From: Antedon mediterranea
Lineage: Eukaryota; Animalia; Echinodermata
DNA length: 64,000 bases
NCBI RefSeq assembly: GCF_964355755.1
Contig: NC_092672.1
Location: 29,208,437-29,272,436 of the forward strand
Reading direction: 5' to 3'
The notes below the pieces were generated by a model, which was not told the DNA's origin, searched no databases, and was given only the letters and a program-made list of their open reading frames with translations. Shown here one piece after another: positions 11,394-24,319 of this stretch. How positions within the stretch are numbered: the stretch's first letter is position 1; the number at the start of each line of letters is the position of its first letter. A program made the position numbers and the translations under genes.

Positions 11394-14300
11394 GTAGGAA
11401 TATGGAAGAGGCATTGTAATGCTTTTTTTAATGACTGTCAAACATGTTTTATTATTTACCTTAAAAAAAGTGTGTGCTGTTCACAAACAAAATGATGCGC
11501 CACATAAGTGCAATGTATAGTAGTTGTATAGTACCAATCACAAGCAATAATTGATCAGAACTGCTTGTGTTGCGCTTAAATCCTTGCATCCCAGTGGAAA
11601 CCAAGCTTAAACTTTTGATTGGTTTCAATTTGTACATAGAGTTTATTATTGTACAAACCTTTACGAAGAATTCCACTGAAGGTACATCAAAATGTGGAAA
11701 GCAACCAAGATATTTTTACATGGATGATGATGATTACTGCCTTTCCGCAGTCTCATCTTTCATTGGCTAGTTCTTTAAGTTGTTTTATGTCTTTCTTGGT
11801 TTTCAATTTAACCGGGATACTTGATGTACATGGATCTCCCGGAATAATCTGACTGATTTGCACACTTTCATCAGCTGGGTTGTCTACTGTCATGTAAGCA
11901 ATTTTAAAACCTCATTAGTCAGATACATGCTTATGCGTATACCGCTGCATACATACATTGATGTAACATGTTCGTACCAAAGGGCCTGTTTAGGTTTAGT
12001 TATTTCCCAGATAAGTTGGCTGATCCATAGACTAATTTTTGCTACTGCTGTTGGTAGTACACCAACTTTCCTGAATGCCGTGCCCATAGAAAACATGTGG
12101 TTAACATTTTTGTATGTGTGAATAGGATATTAACCACCAATTGTTATATGCCTTTTAATAGTATAACTTATGTCTTTATTATATCACATGATGTTTTTCA
12201 CATGATGCAGGACATTCCTGTATATAAATACATGCTTTCTTAAAGTTAATGTATTTGCTGTTTAGTTGTTGATAAGACTACACCGAGTTTCAATTTCAAC
12301 TTTATAGCCGCTATTATTTATCGTACTCATTTTCATTATACTCTAGCTGTACTACGTACAGTGCTTGTGTCTGGAATATTATGTAACGACCTAACATGTA
12401 TTGGAGCAGCAACGTTTTAATGCAATTCTTTATCGTTAGCTTTTAATATTTGTAAACCAATCTCGCGACCGCATTTACGTCATAGAATTTTCAACATGAT
12501 CTGAATTTATTTTTACTCTATTTTATATCCGAGCGAGTGCTAATTTTACCAATGGAATATTTAGCGTAAACTTTAAATGGTTTTATTGGAAAAATTTACA
12601 GTTGGCCCCAGTTACAGGTAAGATTCAGTTATACATGTTAAGTATTTTTTATTTTCATATTGCATTCTTTCTCAATTTTGGCATTTTGAATCAGTTTATA
12701 ATTGCAGAATCAATGAGAATATTATTTTTTAAAAACATTTGTGGATTCTCCAAATCACTGTATTTCATTTAGACATTAGTCAATAGAAAGTTTTGACTGA
12801 TTTAAAGTATACCGAGTTATTTTTTAATTACAAAAAAATGTATTACAATATTTTGATCCAAACAAAATTATTTCAAGACAAAAAAATATTATAGTTTAGG
12901 GAGTGTAGGGCCGTACCACCAGACAGTTGGTACGGTTTCTACCTGACCACTCTTTCAACCTGACCACTCTTTATAGAGACTTTTGACAACACAGAGATTG
13001 TTACCTTTTTTTGCGACCATTTAAACTCTCACACAAATAAATAGTTAATTTGAGGGGTTAGAAAATAAAGTACTCTCTCGTTTCAATTTTGTTCACTCGA
13101 TCTTCTTAAACATTGTGCGTTTATTTTACTACAGTAGAAATTGTTTCCTGAATAGGGGTGTCTATAGTACGAAAAGAGGGGTTCTATAGACAGAATTAAA
13201 TAGAATTACTGAAAACTGATTTTAATAGCCAAATGACCTCAGTTTTATAGATATTGATATTTGTAAACTATTTACTTTCAATTTCACTATAATTTTTTTT
13301 TCTGCGGCATGTCATGGAGATTTAAATTTATAATCAATAAAAAAATCCATTTGAGGGCGGGCTTTATTGTTCATGTCAGATGATTGACTGATGAGAGTGA
13401 AAGTGTATTTAGGCAGGTAAGATTGTTATTGCAGGTGTCTTTATTTTTACCTGTAGTCAATGACCTTTGACCTTTATGGCCTACCTTGTGTTAATGATTA
13501 TTTCTTTAGAAAAGACTTATCTTTTTAATCCTTCCTCTTGGTGTAATATTGATTAGTTGTCTTAAATACTGTATCCAAAATATATGTTTTATTAAAATTG
13601 TTCTACTGCAGTTACTGCAGTAATTATAGTAATAACATATGACTTAGTTTTTTTCAATGTAAAACATTTTCAGGCTGTCAATTCTGCAATAAACAGTGTG
13701 TTTTTCTCAAAAAAACTTGCTAAACTTTTTTTTAATGACTGATGGTTGTACTGTCAGTACGTATGTTCTGGATTCTAGCTTTGCAAGCATTTTTATGCAA
13801 ATATTTTTTATTTTGAAAATTTTTCTATGGAACAACAATGTTTTTTATTGTTTGTTATGTTTTTTATATAGTAATAAAGCATCATGCATTCTACATATTC
13901 TATACTCTTATTTTATTAATTACATAATGTACATCTTGTAAATAAATTGAAATTGAATTAAATTTATATTATGTGCAATTTGCATTTAGCCAATTGGCTA
14001 CTTTAAAATGAAGTAAACATATTAAATGTATAGATATGTATGAATGAATAAATTATTACAATGAAATTTTATATGCATAAGGAATTTAGTTTTATTACCT
14101 TATAGAAGCCATGCAATCTGACATTAACTATCCCACATAATATATTTATGTCCGTCTCGTGAATTTATAAACCTGTATTCTTGAGTTCTTAGATTTTTCA
14201 TATTCTGATGTAGCAAAACTGACATTAAGATATACGACCCATTTCTTCTGATGCTTGTTGCATAAAGATTCTTGCACATTGTTTTGGTGTTAATAAGTAT

Positions 14301-14828
14301 CACATTTTCCTCTGACGTGATTAGCACAGATTTTTGTTAACAAATCGTTACAGTCAATTTGACAGGTTGGCGTGTGCAACCGGAGAGAATCAAGCAAAAA
14401 CTAATATTAGTATATTTGTCGTTTATAATATTCATTACAAGATGATATTGTAGTTTTCGTTGTCAATGTAGTCTGTAGAATCAACATCATTATCGTAATC
14501 ATATATAATCATTATTGACACATCTATCATTTTTAATGTATCAGTGTTTTTATTACTGTTTGATATCTAAATATTATCATAAAATATTAGTTTACCATTG
14601 TCATTTAATATCATTATCATCATCATGATCAAAATCATAAATTTTATCATCAAAAATAAATAATTATTATCAAAATCATCAGTTGTGCAATTATTAATAT
14701 GTAAAAAAAAAATCATAGTCAAAATCATTATCATAACAAATTTAATATCTTGATCATGATTATCTTCATTGTAATATCATTATTACTATTCAGTTTTAGA
14801 AAAAAAAAATGTTTCTGTTCTGTTTTAG

Positions 14829-14955
14829 TCGTGTCACAACACCAGTTGCACATCACAGAACAACAACGAGGAGCTGATGTTGTGCGTGATTTGTGACCAG
14901 ACGATTCACTCGGCCGAGCAGTTCAAAAGTCACACCAGACTAAATGTTCGCCAAG
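14829..14955 (+). CDS. PLEKHG5: PLEKHG5-like exon, zinc-finger-like motif (SCHNTSCTSQNNNEELMLCVICDQTIHSAEQFKSHTRLNVRQ)
   Basis: ttttag acceptor and AAG|GTAAGA donor. Cys/His spacing matches the PLEKHG5 N-terminus as recalled (CHH..C...LCE.CD..FH......GH.R). Confidence 0.9.
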
Positions 14956-16472
14956 GTAAGATAATTATTTCTATGAGAGAGACGTGTGGGTTGTAGATGA
15001 GTAGATCTAGAATGTTAAATTTCATTTTATTAGAAATAATATCGTTGCCACAAAATGCAGAAACCGAAAATGTTATAAAACTGCAACGAAAAAACTGTGA
15101 GGAACAAGGACCGAACAGGGTGTTGGAATCTTTTTAACCTTTAACCCTTTTAACCTTTAACCTTTTTAACCTTTATCATTCATGATAATATTGAAATTTA
15201 AACAAAGCACATATTTTCTTTCGACATCCTCGCAGTAGTATAAATATCTACCAGGGGTAGATCCAAGGTTAACCCTCCCCTCCCCCTCCCCTAAATTTTG
15301 CAAATTGTATAAGAGGAAATCAAATTAAGCTCAGCCCTTCATTTCACCATTAAAAATCCTGGATCTACAACTGGCAACCCAGGAATAGAAATGTGTACCA
15401 GGACAATAGACGTACAAAACCAATCGTGTGAGGCGTGTAGTTGGGGAACTGCTATACATTATATTTTTTTAAACCTATATCGTGGTGAACTTATTTTTTC
15501 CAGACAAAATCCTTCGAAAAATGAAAGTAAGGATGTTCCATGATTCATTTCAGACTGGTTGAACGTTAAAATTTTCACACCAACAATTCACTTATAATTA
15601 ATTGATTAATTAATTTACATAATTATATTAAAATTTGTTGATTTGTTGGCATTAAATAGCTAATAGATAAGAAATCGTCTAGAGTGGATGCCATCTATAT
15701 TGTATCCTAAAGTATGACGTTAAACTTTATCCGGTTTTTCTCCCTTTGTTGAGTCATATTGAAACTGTGTCTCATCAAGGGAGGGTGGATGGTTATCTCG
15801 GTGAAACTAAAAGTTGAACATTAGGATGAAAGAAGCTTGTACAGTAGTTGTACAATATAATGTGTTAACTGTTAAAAATGTCTGTTCCTTGTAAACACTC
15901 TCTTTCTGAGAAATTCAATAATTCCTATTGATTGTGTTTACAATCACAATATTTAATTGTTTTATATTTTTTTTAATAATTACAGTACAACTATAAAAAT
16001 TTCATTTTTTTAATTGCTGTAAAGGCCAATTACAGCATTTAAAATAGCTATCAGATATAGAACATTACATTTTTATTTCTAAACAAGTGTACAATGTTAA
16101 GTGTACAATTGCCAAACATATTGTATTCTATAGAAAGTAGTTATATAACTATTATTGAAATAATTTTAGTTAATTAATAATGTGCCAAATTCTTATTTAA
16201 ATTTAGAAATGCCTTTAAGACCCAACAAAGTGTCATCTTAATAGAGATTGGTTATATGGATCTGTTATTAAATCATATGTTTTGCTTCATATATTTCACC
16301 GGAAAGTGTCCCCTTAATTTTTTTGATTGAGGATGCCTTTCTAGAATTAGCTAAAATCAAAGTTTCTTCTTGTTAATGCACAATATTCCTAGACTCCTCT
16401 CATAGTGTCTTGCTCGACCTAACTAACTAGATTTCCAGCTAATAGCAGAGTTATTTTTATTTTATTTTATAG

Positions 16473-16566
16473 AGTCTGATTTTCTAAGAGGATTATCCAG
16501 CAAGTCTGCACCAGCTAACATGGACCCTAATTCAGATCAAGACTTGCAAGATGACGTAAATGATCT
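16473..16566 (+). CDS. PLEKHG5: PLEKHG5-like exon (ESDFLRGLSSKSAPANMDPNSDQDLQDDVND)
   Basis: T-rich acceptor tag, GTAAGT donor, phase 1 to 2 in frame with its neighbours. Resembles PLEKHG5 SVLARNVSTRSCP followed by an acidic stretch. Confidence 0.88.
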
Positions 16567-18646
16567 GTAAGTTTTTTTATAATTATTTTTTGTTTCGACC
16601 TATGACCTTCACATTGATCTGTCTTCGTTCGTCGTCTGGACCTAGAAACTATGAAAGCTGTGTCGAGAGGATAGAGTGAGGAAGCATGTCTCAAATTCTG
16701 TGTGTGCGCACAATTAATTTTCCCTAGAACGTGAAGGGGATAAATTTGTACTAAACATACATTCTAGTTCAAAATCATCATTTTGAAATAAAAAAAAAAT
16801 AGCATTTTCAGAGCATGATTACTTCATAATTTCTACCAATATTTACCATTATAGATGATGGATAAAATCAAATTAATATCACATGAGTATGGTGCGCCAA
16901 ACTGTCATTATTCAAGCAATCAATAGAGAGATCTTAGTTTTAAATAGAAATTCTCTATTAATAGAGATATCTTAAACTATAAGATATCTTTATTTTCCGA
17001 ATAAATGACAGTTTGGTGCGCTGTACTGTATATGTAGAGTTTTATTGTATAAAATGGTTTTCTTTGGTTTATAACTTGATTGATTTTAAAACCACCAGTC
17101 TACTTTCACAAACTTTGTACGAAATTCCACAAAGTTCAATGACCTATTCTATTGTTTTCACACAAATTGCTACATACTCTGCCAAGTTATGTGGTATGGA
17201 GATTTACAAATCTATTCTGTTGATTTTATTCTGAATACTAATCCATTAGATAATATTGTTTACTAAAGCTTAGTAATACAAACAAATCCCACATGTTTCC
17301 TGCCATAAAACTAACAATGTGGTTTTTGTCTAATTTTAAATAGTTGCAAATTTCAATTTCAATGAAATCTAATTAATTACTTTGAATTACCAATAACACC
17401 TCACACATTTACCAAGTGATAGTAGGGCTGATCGATGGGAATGTAAAATGTGTTGGTCATTTTTATCCCATGATGTAACTTGGGAATTTCCCTATGTCAC
17501 TTTCATTTTGTAATTAAACAGAAGAATAATATGAGCTCTGGGCAGATTTCCAAATATTTGAATTCCAAAAGCATTTTTTTTTTTGGAAACTTCCAGATAT
17601 AAACACAGGATTTTATGAGAATTCTATTCAAATCATGTTCCTTTTGAACTTAAAAATAAGTTATCCTGTGGTGTTTGGTTTCCATGATCAACTGACTGGA
17701 TTCGAGGAAGTTCTTATTCTTAAGCCTTTTTCGCACCGGACTTGAAAAATGGTATATTTAACCACGGTAACTTTACCCAATGTCATCAGGAAATTTGACC
17801 ATTGTTTGCACATGGTGATTTCTACTGGACAGGCAATGGTCGGTAAAAATAACTTTGTTAATTTAACCCTGTAGGAATTGTAGCAAGTGTTCGGATTGGA
17901 CTTTTCTTGGTCACTGACTCACACTCGGTTAATTTTTACCAAACTAAGTTCAGTGCGATCAAGGCTCAAGTGCCTTCATTATATTCCATATTAAAATCAA
18001 TCTTAGTCGTGGTCTATATAAAAAAAGTCCAATCTAAATGCTGGAGCCCAATGGTTAATTTTATCAAACACTGCCTATCCAGTAGAACTAATCATGGTCT
18101 CAGTAAAATTTCAATCTGAACATGCAGGGGCTTGTACTGGTGAACTTTGGAGTTTACCCGTGCGAACCAAGTTTTTAGAAATGTTAGAAATTAACTTACG
18201 AAACCCTGGGTGTTTCAAATATGAAATGTGTCAAGTATGACTAAATACTTTATTTATACATCTTTAAATCAGGTGGTGTTACACCACCTCAGGTACTACT
18301 ACAACTCAATCAACAAATGACCAGGGGATTCCCCTTACTTATAGGATCAATTTTCTTCTTGCGTTACACCACATGTCAACCTATGCATAAACAGGATCCC
18401 TGAGCAGATTTATAACTCATTTTGAGGTCCCTGAAGTCTTGTTATATAAAGGAAACTGGATAATTTGTAAGACCCAGTAGGGATTATGTATTGTTTCCTG
18501 TGAAGTCCTTGGTTCCTGGTTCAGTTTGAAGGAGAATAGTGTTCAGTGACAGATGCTTGATTGTTAGCTGTTAACTTTATATCCTGGTATTTAAGTGAAA
18601 TGTTTTACAGTATCATAATATTCATAATAAACTAAAGGGCCTTATT

Positions 18647-18782
18647 AGCTCTGTATACACTATCAAACATGTGTGATGTGTCTAAATATGTTAGTGATAT
18701 GTCCAAATATGGTCTAGTGATATGACATCATCGTGTCCATATATGGTCACATTACATAAAGTTTGATAGTTTAGACAGAGCT
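18647..18782. mobile_element. PIF/Harbinger-type MITE family B
   Basis: TIR agctctgtatacactatcaaac / gtttgatagtttagacagagct; same family as 31660-31797. Confidence 0.8.
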
Positions 18783-19510
18783 TAAATCTATGTGTTCACT
18801 GGTATATAATAATTGAATGTTTATGTGATAGTACAAATAATTTCATGAGGTAAAAGATGAAATTCTATTTTCACGAGGGTGCTTATGATTATCATGTGAC
18901 CCACAATTGTCCAATCAAATGACATGAATCCTTTTAGGTGATTTGGTTTGCAAATTATGAGTTTGCCACTCTTTGGAGAAGTTTGTGATTGCTTTCTGAT
19001 TTCAAAGAACCCAAAGATTGTTATTTTATTCGCCAAGTTGACAAACCTTACCAAATTTAGTTTGTCAAAACGATGCATAAACTTATACAAATATCCAATA
19101 CAAGTTGTAACAAGTTATGCAGATTTAAAAAGAGTATGATAGAAGTCTGATTCATAAGTGTAGAGGGTGCTATAACATTTTTATTATTGCCATACTAATT
19201 TAAGATATACAGTACTCTTTATAATTTCTAAAGTTATTATCAGAACATCATACAATGTTTGATGGCAACCTGCAGTATGGAGAATGCTATATTGTATTCA
19301 AATCCATATTCTACAAAGTAGCTTACAAAATTCTAGTGATTGTTTATTAAGCACTGTTCTCAATTGTATGTTTACACTAAGATTTTTTACAGTGTTATAG
19401 TAGTTAAAATACATGATATATACATAAGATGATTTATTTCAAAATTGAAGGTAGAGCTTTCCCTGATATATTTATTGTGAAATAAACTATAAATCTCTAT
19501 TCTTCTACAG

Positions 19511-19534
19511 ATACCGTTTCTATAGGTCATACCG
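19511..19534 (+). CDS. PLEKHG5: 24 nt microexon of PLEKHG5-like gene (YRFYRSYR in phase 2)
   Basis: tctctattcttctacag acceptor, CG|GTAAGA donor, length divisible by 3, open in phase 2. Downstream TGCATG motifs. Confidence 0.65.
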
Positions 19535-20739
19535 GTAAGAAATATACAGTATTTTTAAAGATATTATCTTCATTGGTATTTTTTTTTTACTTGTTTTAAA
19601 TCTCTTGCATCTTTTTATGCTACCTTTGTAAAAAAAATTCATATTCATCTTGGCTGCATGGATCGAACTTCATGATTCCTTCATCAACCACCACTCTTGA
19701 TTTTGTATTCTGTATGTATGAAACACACTACCCATCTTTGTCCAACAAAAATGTTTTAAAGATTAAATCATTAAATAGCCAACGCTTCTCATTTTAAATC
19801 TTTTTTTGTGCATGAATAATGCTTCCTCAAAAAAATAATTCCTTGGTAGACTTTTTGTGGAGAATTGCGTACTGTATTACAAAAAAATGAAATATTATGT
19901 ATCGTCAACAGAGGGAAGGACAGATTCAGGGCATTGGGAAAAGTTGGTTCATTGTATCCCTCCTTCGTTATGACAGAGTATTCCAGAGTTGCTTCAACAA
20001 TTTTAATTTTTAGGTTTCCTTAAATATTTCTTTTTTTTATTGCATATGCAAATGTTTCAAAGTAATTTTTCTTTTTAACTTTTTTTCTTCTTTTTTTCCA
20101 TTTTGAAGCTGCTTCTTTAAATAGTAAAAAAATCAAAATTTGTTGCCATTCATTTTCAAAACTAAATGCTATAGAAATGTTGAAAATTCATTTTCTTTCG
20201 TCTTATTTTTTATTAATAGAAAATGTACTACAGTTAAATTAGGACAAATTCCGTTCTGCTGGCCAATTGTCTTGTTTTATAAAAGCAAACAAACAAACAA
20301 ACCCTTCCCTTTTTTTCTATCGCAGCTTAGTAGAGCATAGCAATAAAAAAAGAACATCATTTAAAATTGTTCGGCTTATTTTTAGAATGTTTTTCCATTT
20401 GATCTGTCATTTAAATTCCAGCTTAAATTCTCATTGAACATAGATCATACAGAGTCAATTATACTCCCATTGGACCAATTAGATTCAATCTTTCACAAGT
20501 CATGTTTATCCAGGTCCATTAATAATGTTAATAGACACTGTGCACATGTTGTATTTGAAATGCCTGGCGCCCTCTATCCGTATAGTCACTGCTATGGTTA
20601 CTTGTTATGCTTTATCCTTCTGACATTTCTTGTCAAACTGTGTATTGTATTTCACTGCATGCTGACTGTAATGAAACAAGGAAATCTTTGTGGATGTTTC
20701 TGTTCTAGTCACACTCTGTCTATTTACTGCGGACACTAG

Positions 20740-20757
20740 TGCGAAAAGGAGAAAAAG
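20740..20757 (+). CDS. PLEKHG5: 18 nt microexon of PLEKHG5-like gene (AKRRK in phase 2)
   Basis: ctag acceptor preceded by a pyrimidine tract and TGC, AAG|GTAGAT donor, frame-preserving. Confidence 0.55.
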
Positions 20758-22060
20758 GTAGATTTTTAATTGTTTTAATCATACAGAATATTTTTTGCAA
20801 AAGTATATACAGTAGTACCTAAATTGAGAATTTAAGGAATCTCTTATTATTCTTATCAAAGGTGATTATTGAATGGAATGCACTAAGAGGGATAACATTG
20901 TCAACACACTATTTTAAGATATTTCTGATTCTCACAGTGCAAGGTTATTTTCTGTGTTCACAAGCATACATAGAACGAGTTAGGTTGATCCAAATCATAT
21001 CAGAGTTAAAAACCGACGTAACTATTGCTTGTGTGATCATTAATTCTTTTTTTTTTCTCCGTGAAAATGTTAATCCGATACACCTTAATACTAATAGTTT
21101 CAGAAGTACATCCATGTAACTCTGAAACATTTAGAATGTAACGTTACACAAGCAATAGAGTTTCATCACTATCACCATACCACCACATCATATTTTTAAT
21201 GCATTTTATAATTATTTTAAATGTAATTTTTTGCATTTTTTTTTCATGAAAAGAGCGCTATATGAATGTGGTATATTATTATTATTGTATTTGAAATGTA
21301 TTTTATAACCCTACTTTGCTGAAGAAGACCATTTAAAAAAATATATTATATTTTTTTATGAATAAATCCATCTATGTAATTGCTTCCAAGTCCAAAGTTG
21401 AAATATTTTGAGGCCCCATGATAATTTTCATTCCAGCTTGTACTGTGTGTTAGCTGAGTAAATGCCATGTTTGTCCTTGGGCCAAAAGAGTGATTCTGAA
21501 GTAATAGACACTTTTAGTATGTACGGTAGTTCTCCTCAGTGGGCAGATGTTTGTTCAAAGATTTTAAAAACTTCTCAGCTATCATTTGTATAGATTTTCA
21601 AATGAAAAGAAGTCAAATAAAAATCTGTCGAAATACCATAGATTTTATTATCTTTACAAAGCCATAGTTGTCACAGGATAAGTCATTTTGATAAAAACAT
21701 TGACCTAAAAAAAACACATTTTTCATACAAATTCGCTATTCTAACATAACTTAATGGATAAAACTTTAAAGGTTATTTAAAGATGCCCCAGCTTGAATGG
21801 TGCTAGTATCAGACTTTTGATTTAGGAGGAGATGAGATCAAAATGTTCGGTTTAGTGCTACAGTATTTTCAATATAGATTCACAAAATAAAAGAAATATT
21901 ATAAATGATAATATTAGTAAATACCTTTACCTTTTAGGTAAAATATTTTATCTACTGTACTGTATGTAGATAAGATTTCAAGTGAATCGCAAATATTTAT
22001 CAATATGTATTTTCTTCCTCTTTCTGTTCTGTTTCCTCTTCTGTCTCGTCCATTTAAAAG

Positions 22061-22080
22061 CATCAGTTGAAACAATTAGG
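22061..22080 (+). other. Candidate 20 nt exon carrying TGA in phase 2 (poison or truncating exon)
   Basis: Long CT-rich tract at ~22010-22055, aag acceptor, AGG|GTCAGT donor. TGA at 22068-22070 when joined to the phase 2 microexons. Confidence 0.45.
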
Positions 22081-22148
22081 GTCAGTCAGTGGGTTTTTTT
22101 TTTATTGCTGATTTAAAAAAAAAAAAATGTAATAACACAATAATTAAG

Positions 22149-23214
22149 GGGTGTCACGAAAGCTCAGACCACGAAAGCTCAGACCCCCTAAGGCCTAAGA
22201 TCACGAAAGCTAAGACCCAACACCTAAGATTACAAATACTAAGATATACTACAGCTTAAAAACAATACTTGTTTATCCATACATAATTTTAAACACAGTA
22301 GGTTTCATTTATTACCATAAATATAATTTAATACTACCCCAAAACATAGATAAACTCACATTATTTTCGCCCGTTGAGTAAATGTATATTTTTTCTTTAC
22401 AACAAACAAACTTGACGGGTTGTTTGTTGGTATATATTTACTCCATTGTGTTGCTTCAGAGGATGTTTTTCTTAAGCACCTGCCTTTCTTGTATTTTGAC
22501 TCCAAATTTGTTTACTAACTTTATCCTGAACACCACACTTTAAAATTAGGACTTATAAGTACTTTCAGAAGGAGAAACACATAATAACAAATAAATAAAT
22601 CCTTTAAATTGATGATTTTACAGATGTGTTTCTTTGTATACTGTAATGTAACTCGTCGAGCTCCCCATGCTCAATGTTTTTGTTTCTATGGAGCGCCAAA
22701 AGAGCAACAATAATAGTACAAGTATAAAAACAGAAAGAAAACGAAACAAAAAAACTCATCATGATTTTTAAATTAAAATTTATTTGCCAGTATTTATTTC
22801 TTCGTACTTGCATGATTATACTATTATCATTACAATTTTAATTTTACATTGTTCCATCCACACTGTAGATGGACTCTATATAATTTTTGCTCTTTTGACG
22901 TTCCATAGAAACAAAAACATTGAACATGGCCCATGGGGTAGGCCTACTGTACTGTAGGCTAGGCTAGTCATTTTGTGTGCGAGAAAAACGTCTGTAAAAT
23001 CATCAATTTAAAAATGTATTTGTTACTTTATATGTGATTCTTTTTCATGAAAGTGCCAATTCTAAGGTGTGGTATTCAGAATAAATGTTGGGAGTTAAAA
23101 TACAAGGCAGGTGCGAAAGATAAATATTTGTAATCTTAGGTGTTGGGTCTTAGCTTTCGTGATCTTAGGTCTTAGGGGGTCTGAGCTTTCGTGGTCTGAG
23201 CTTTCGTGACACCC
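22149..23214. mobile_element. Non-autonomous Mutator (MULE)/foldback-like element
   Basis: ~90 bp near-perfect TIRs (gggtgtcacgaaagctcagacc...) and exact 9 bp TSD ataattaag (22140-22148, 23215-23223). Additional internal inverted arms. Confidence 0.88.
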
Positions 23215-24319
23215 ATAATTAAGAGGGTTACGACCTCGACCAAGAGTAAAAAGCAAAAAACAGATGCAGAATACAGAATACAGGTCCTCCTTCATGACAT
23301 GTAAAAATGTTCCCCTGCCTGTAATGATATCTGTATACCTTTCGTAAATCATTTTGTTTTTGAGTCGTTCAACTTCTGATATTCCATTTCGCTGTGTTTT
23401 ACACCAACACTATTTTTATTGCATTTTCTTTCCAAATATGGTTTTTAATTAACCGATTAATTACACCCGTTAAATGTGTTTCCGCAGAACGACCTAGGAT
23501 AATGACTACATTGCATTCGGTCACCCTTCAATAAGCACGTCGTCTATGTGTACATGATACACTAGCCCACAATTCTGCACGTCGTATAGGGATGTGCTTT
23601 CTACTTTAGGAAAATATTTATACCACGTTTGGGAATTCGTTTGTATTTAATCAGCAAACACTCAGCAAATGTTTGAATAAATTTAGGAAGATTTAAGATT
23701 TTGTAATTCAGATTTTGTAATTTGTAACTTGCTATTTTGAGGTCTCTCAAATATTGAAAGCCGAAAATTGCAAGTTTAGTTTAGTTACAGTAAGAAGTTG
23801 CATTATTAATTAGAGTTTCCATGATACCTACAGATACAGTATTATTGTCATTTTGTAAAAATTAAAACGACATTTTTTCATCACATTCACAATGAAATTA
23901 CATTTTTCAGGGAAAAAACAATATTTAATTGAAACAGAATAAAGTGTTTGTACATGTACATTTTTATACTGTTAGAACCCCTCTGACCAGAAATAATTTG
24001 TACAACATAAAATAAAGGTTAATTCTCCATTTGGAATACAATTCAAACTAAGATTGTTTTGTCCTAGAATATGTTAGTACAGTACCTTAAGAATAATTAA
24101 TTTTCTTGTAAAATAATTAGCATAATTATCCCTTATTTTATGATGCGTATCCATCTCTAGTACGCTATTCAAGGCGCCATTTTAATAGCTAAAGAATCAA
24201 TCATGTACATAATGCGTTACCTCTTCCGTTCCCTGAGGGGTTCCATTGTCGCGTAGCACAGACGTATTCTATTATGAATTCCTTGCACGTTAATACTTGT
24301 AGAGAATATTATGGATTTA

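Noticed and set aside
11560-12130. Overlapping ORFs on both strands with coding-like composition
   Set aside because: No recognisable motif or consistent splice sites; possibly an old TE remnant.
13388-13402. CTGATGA-gagt-GAAA hammerhead-like core
   Set aside because: No stem II and no stem I/III pairing.
20938-20943. 6 nt candidate microexon (cag|tgcaag|gttatt)
   Set aside because: Weak donor; could easily arise by chance.
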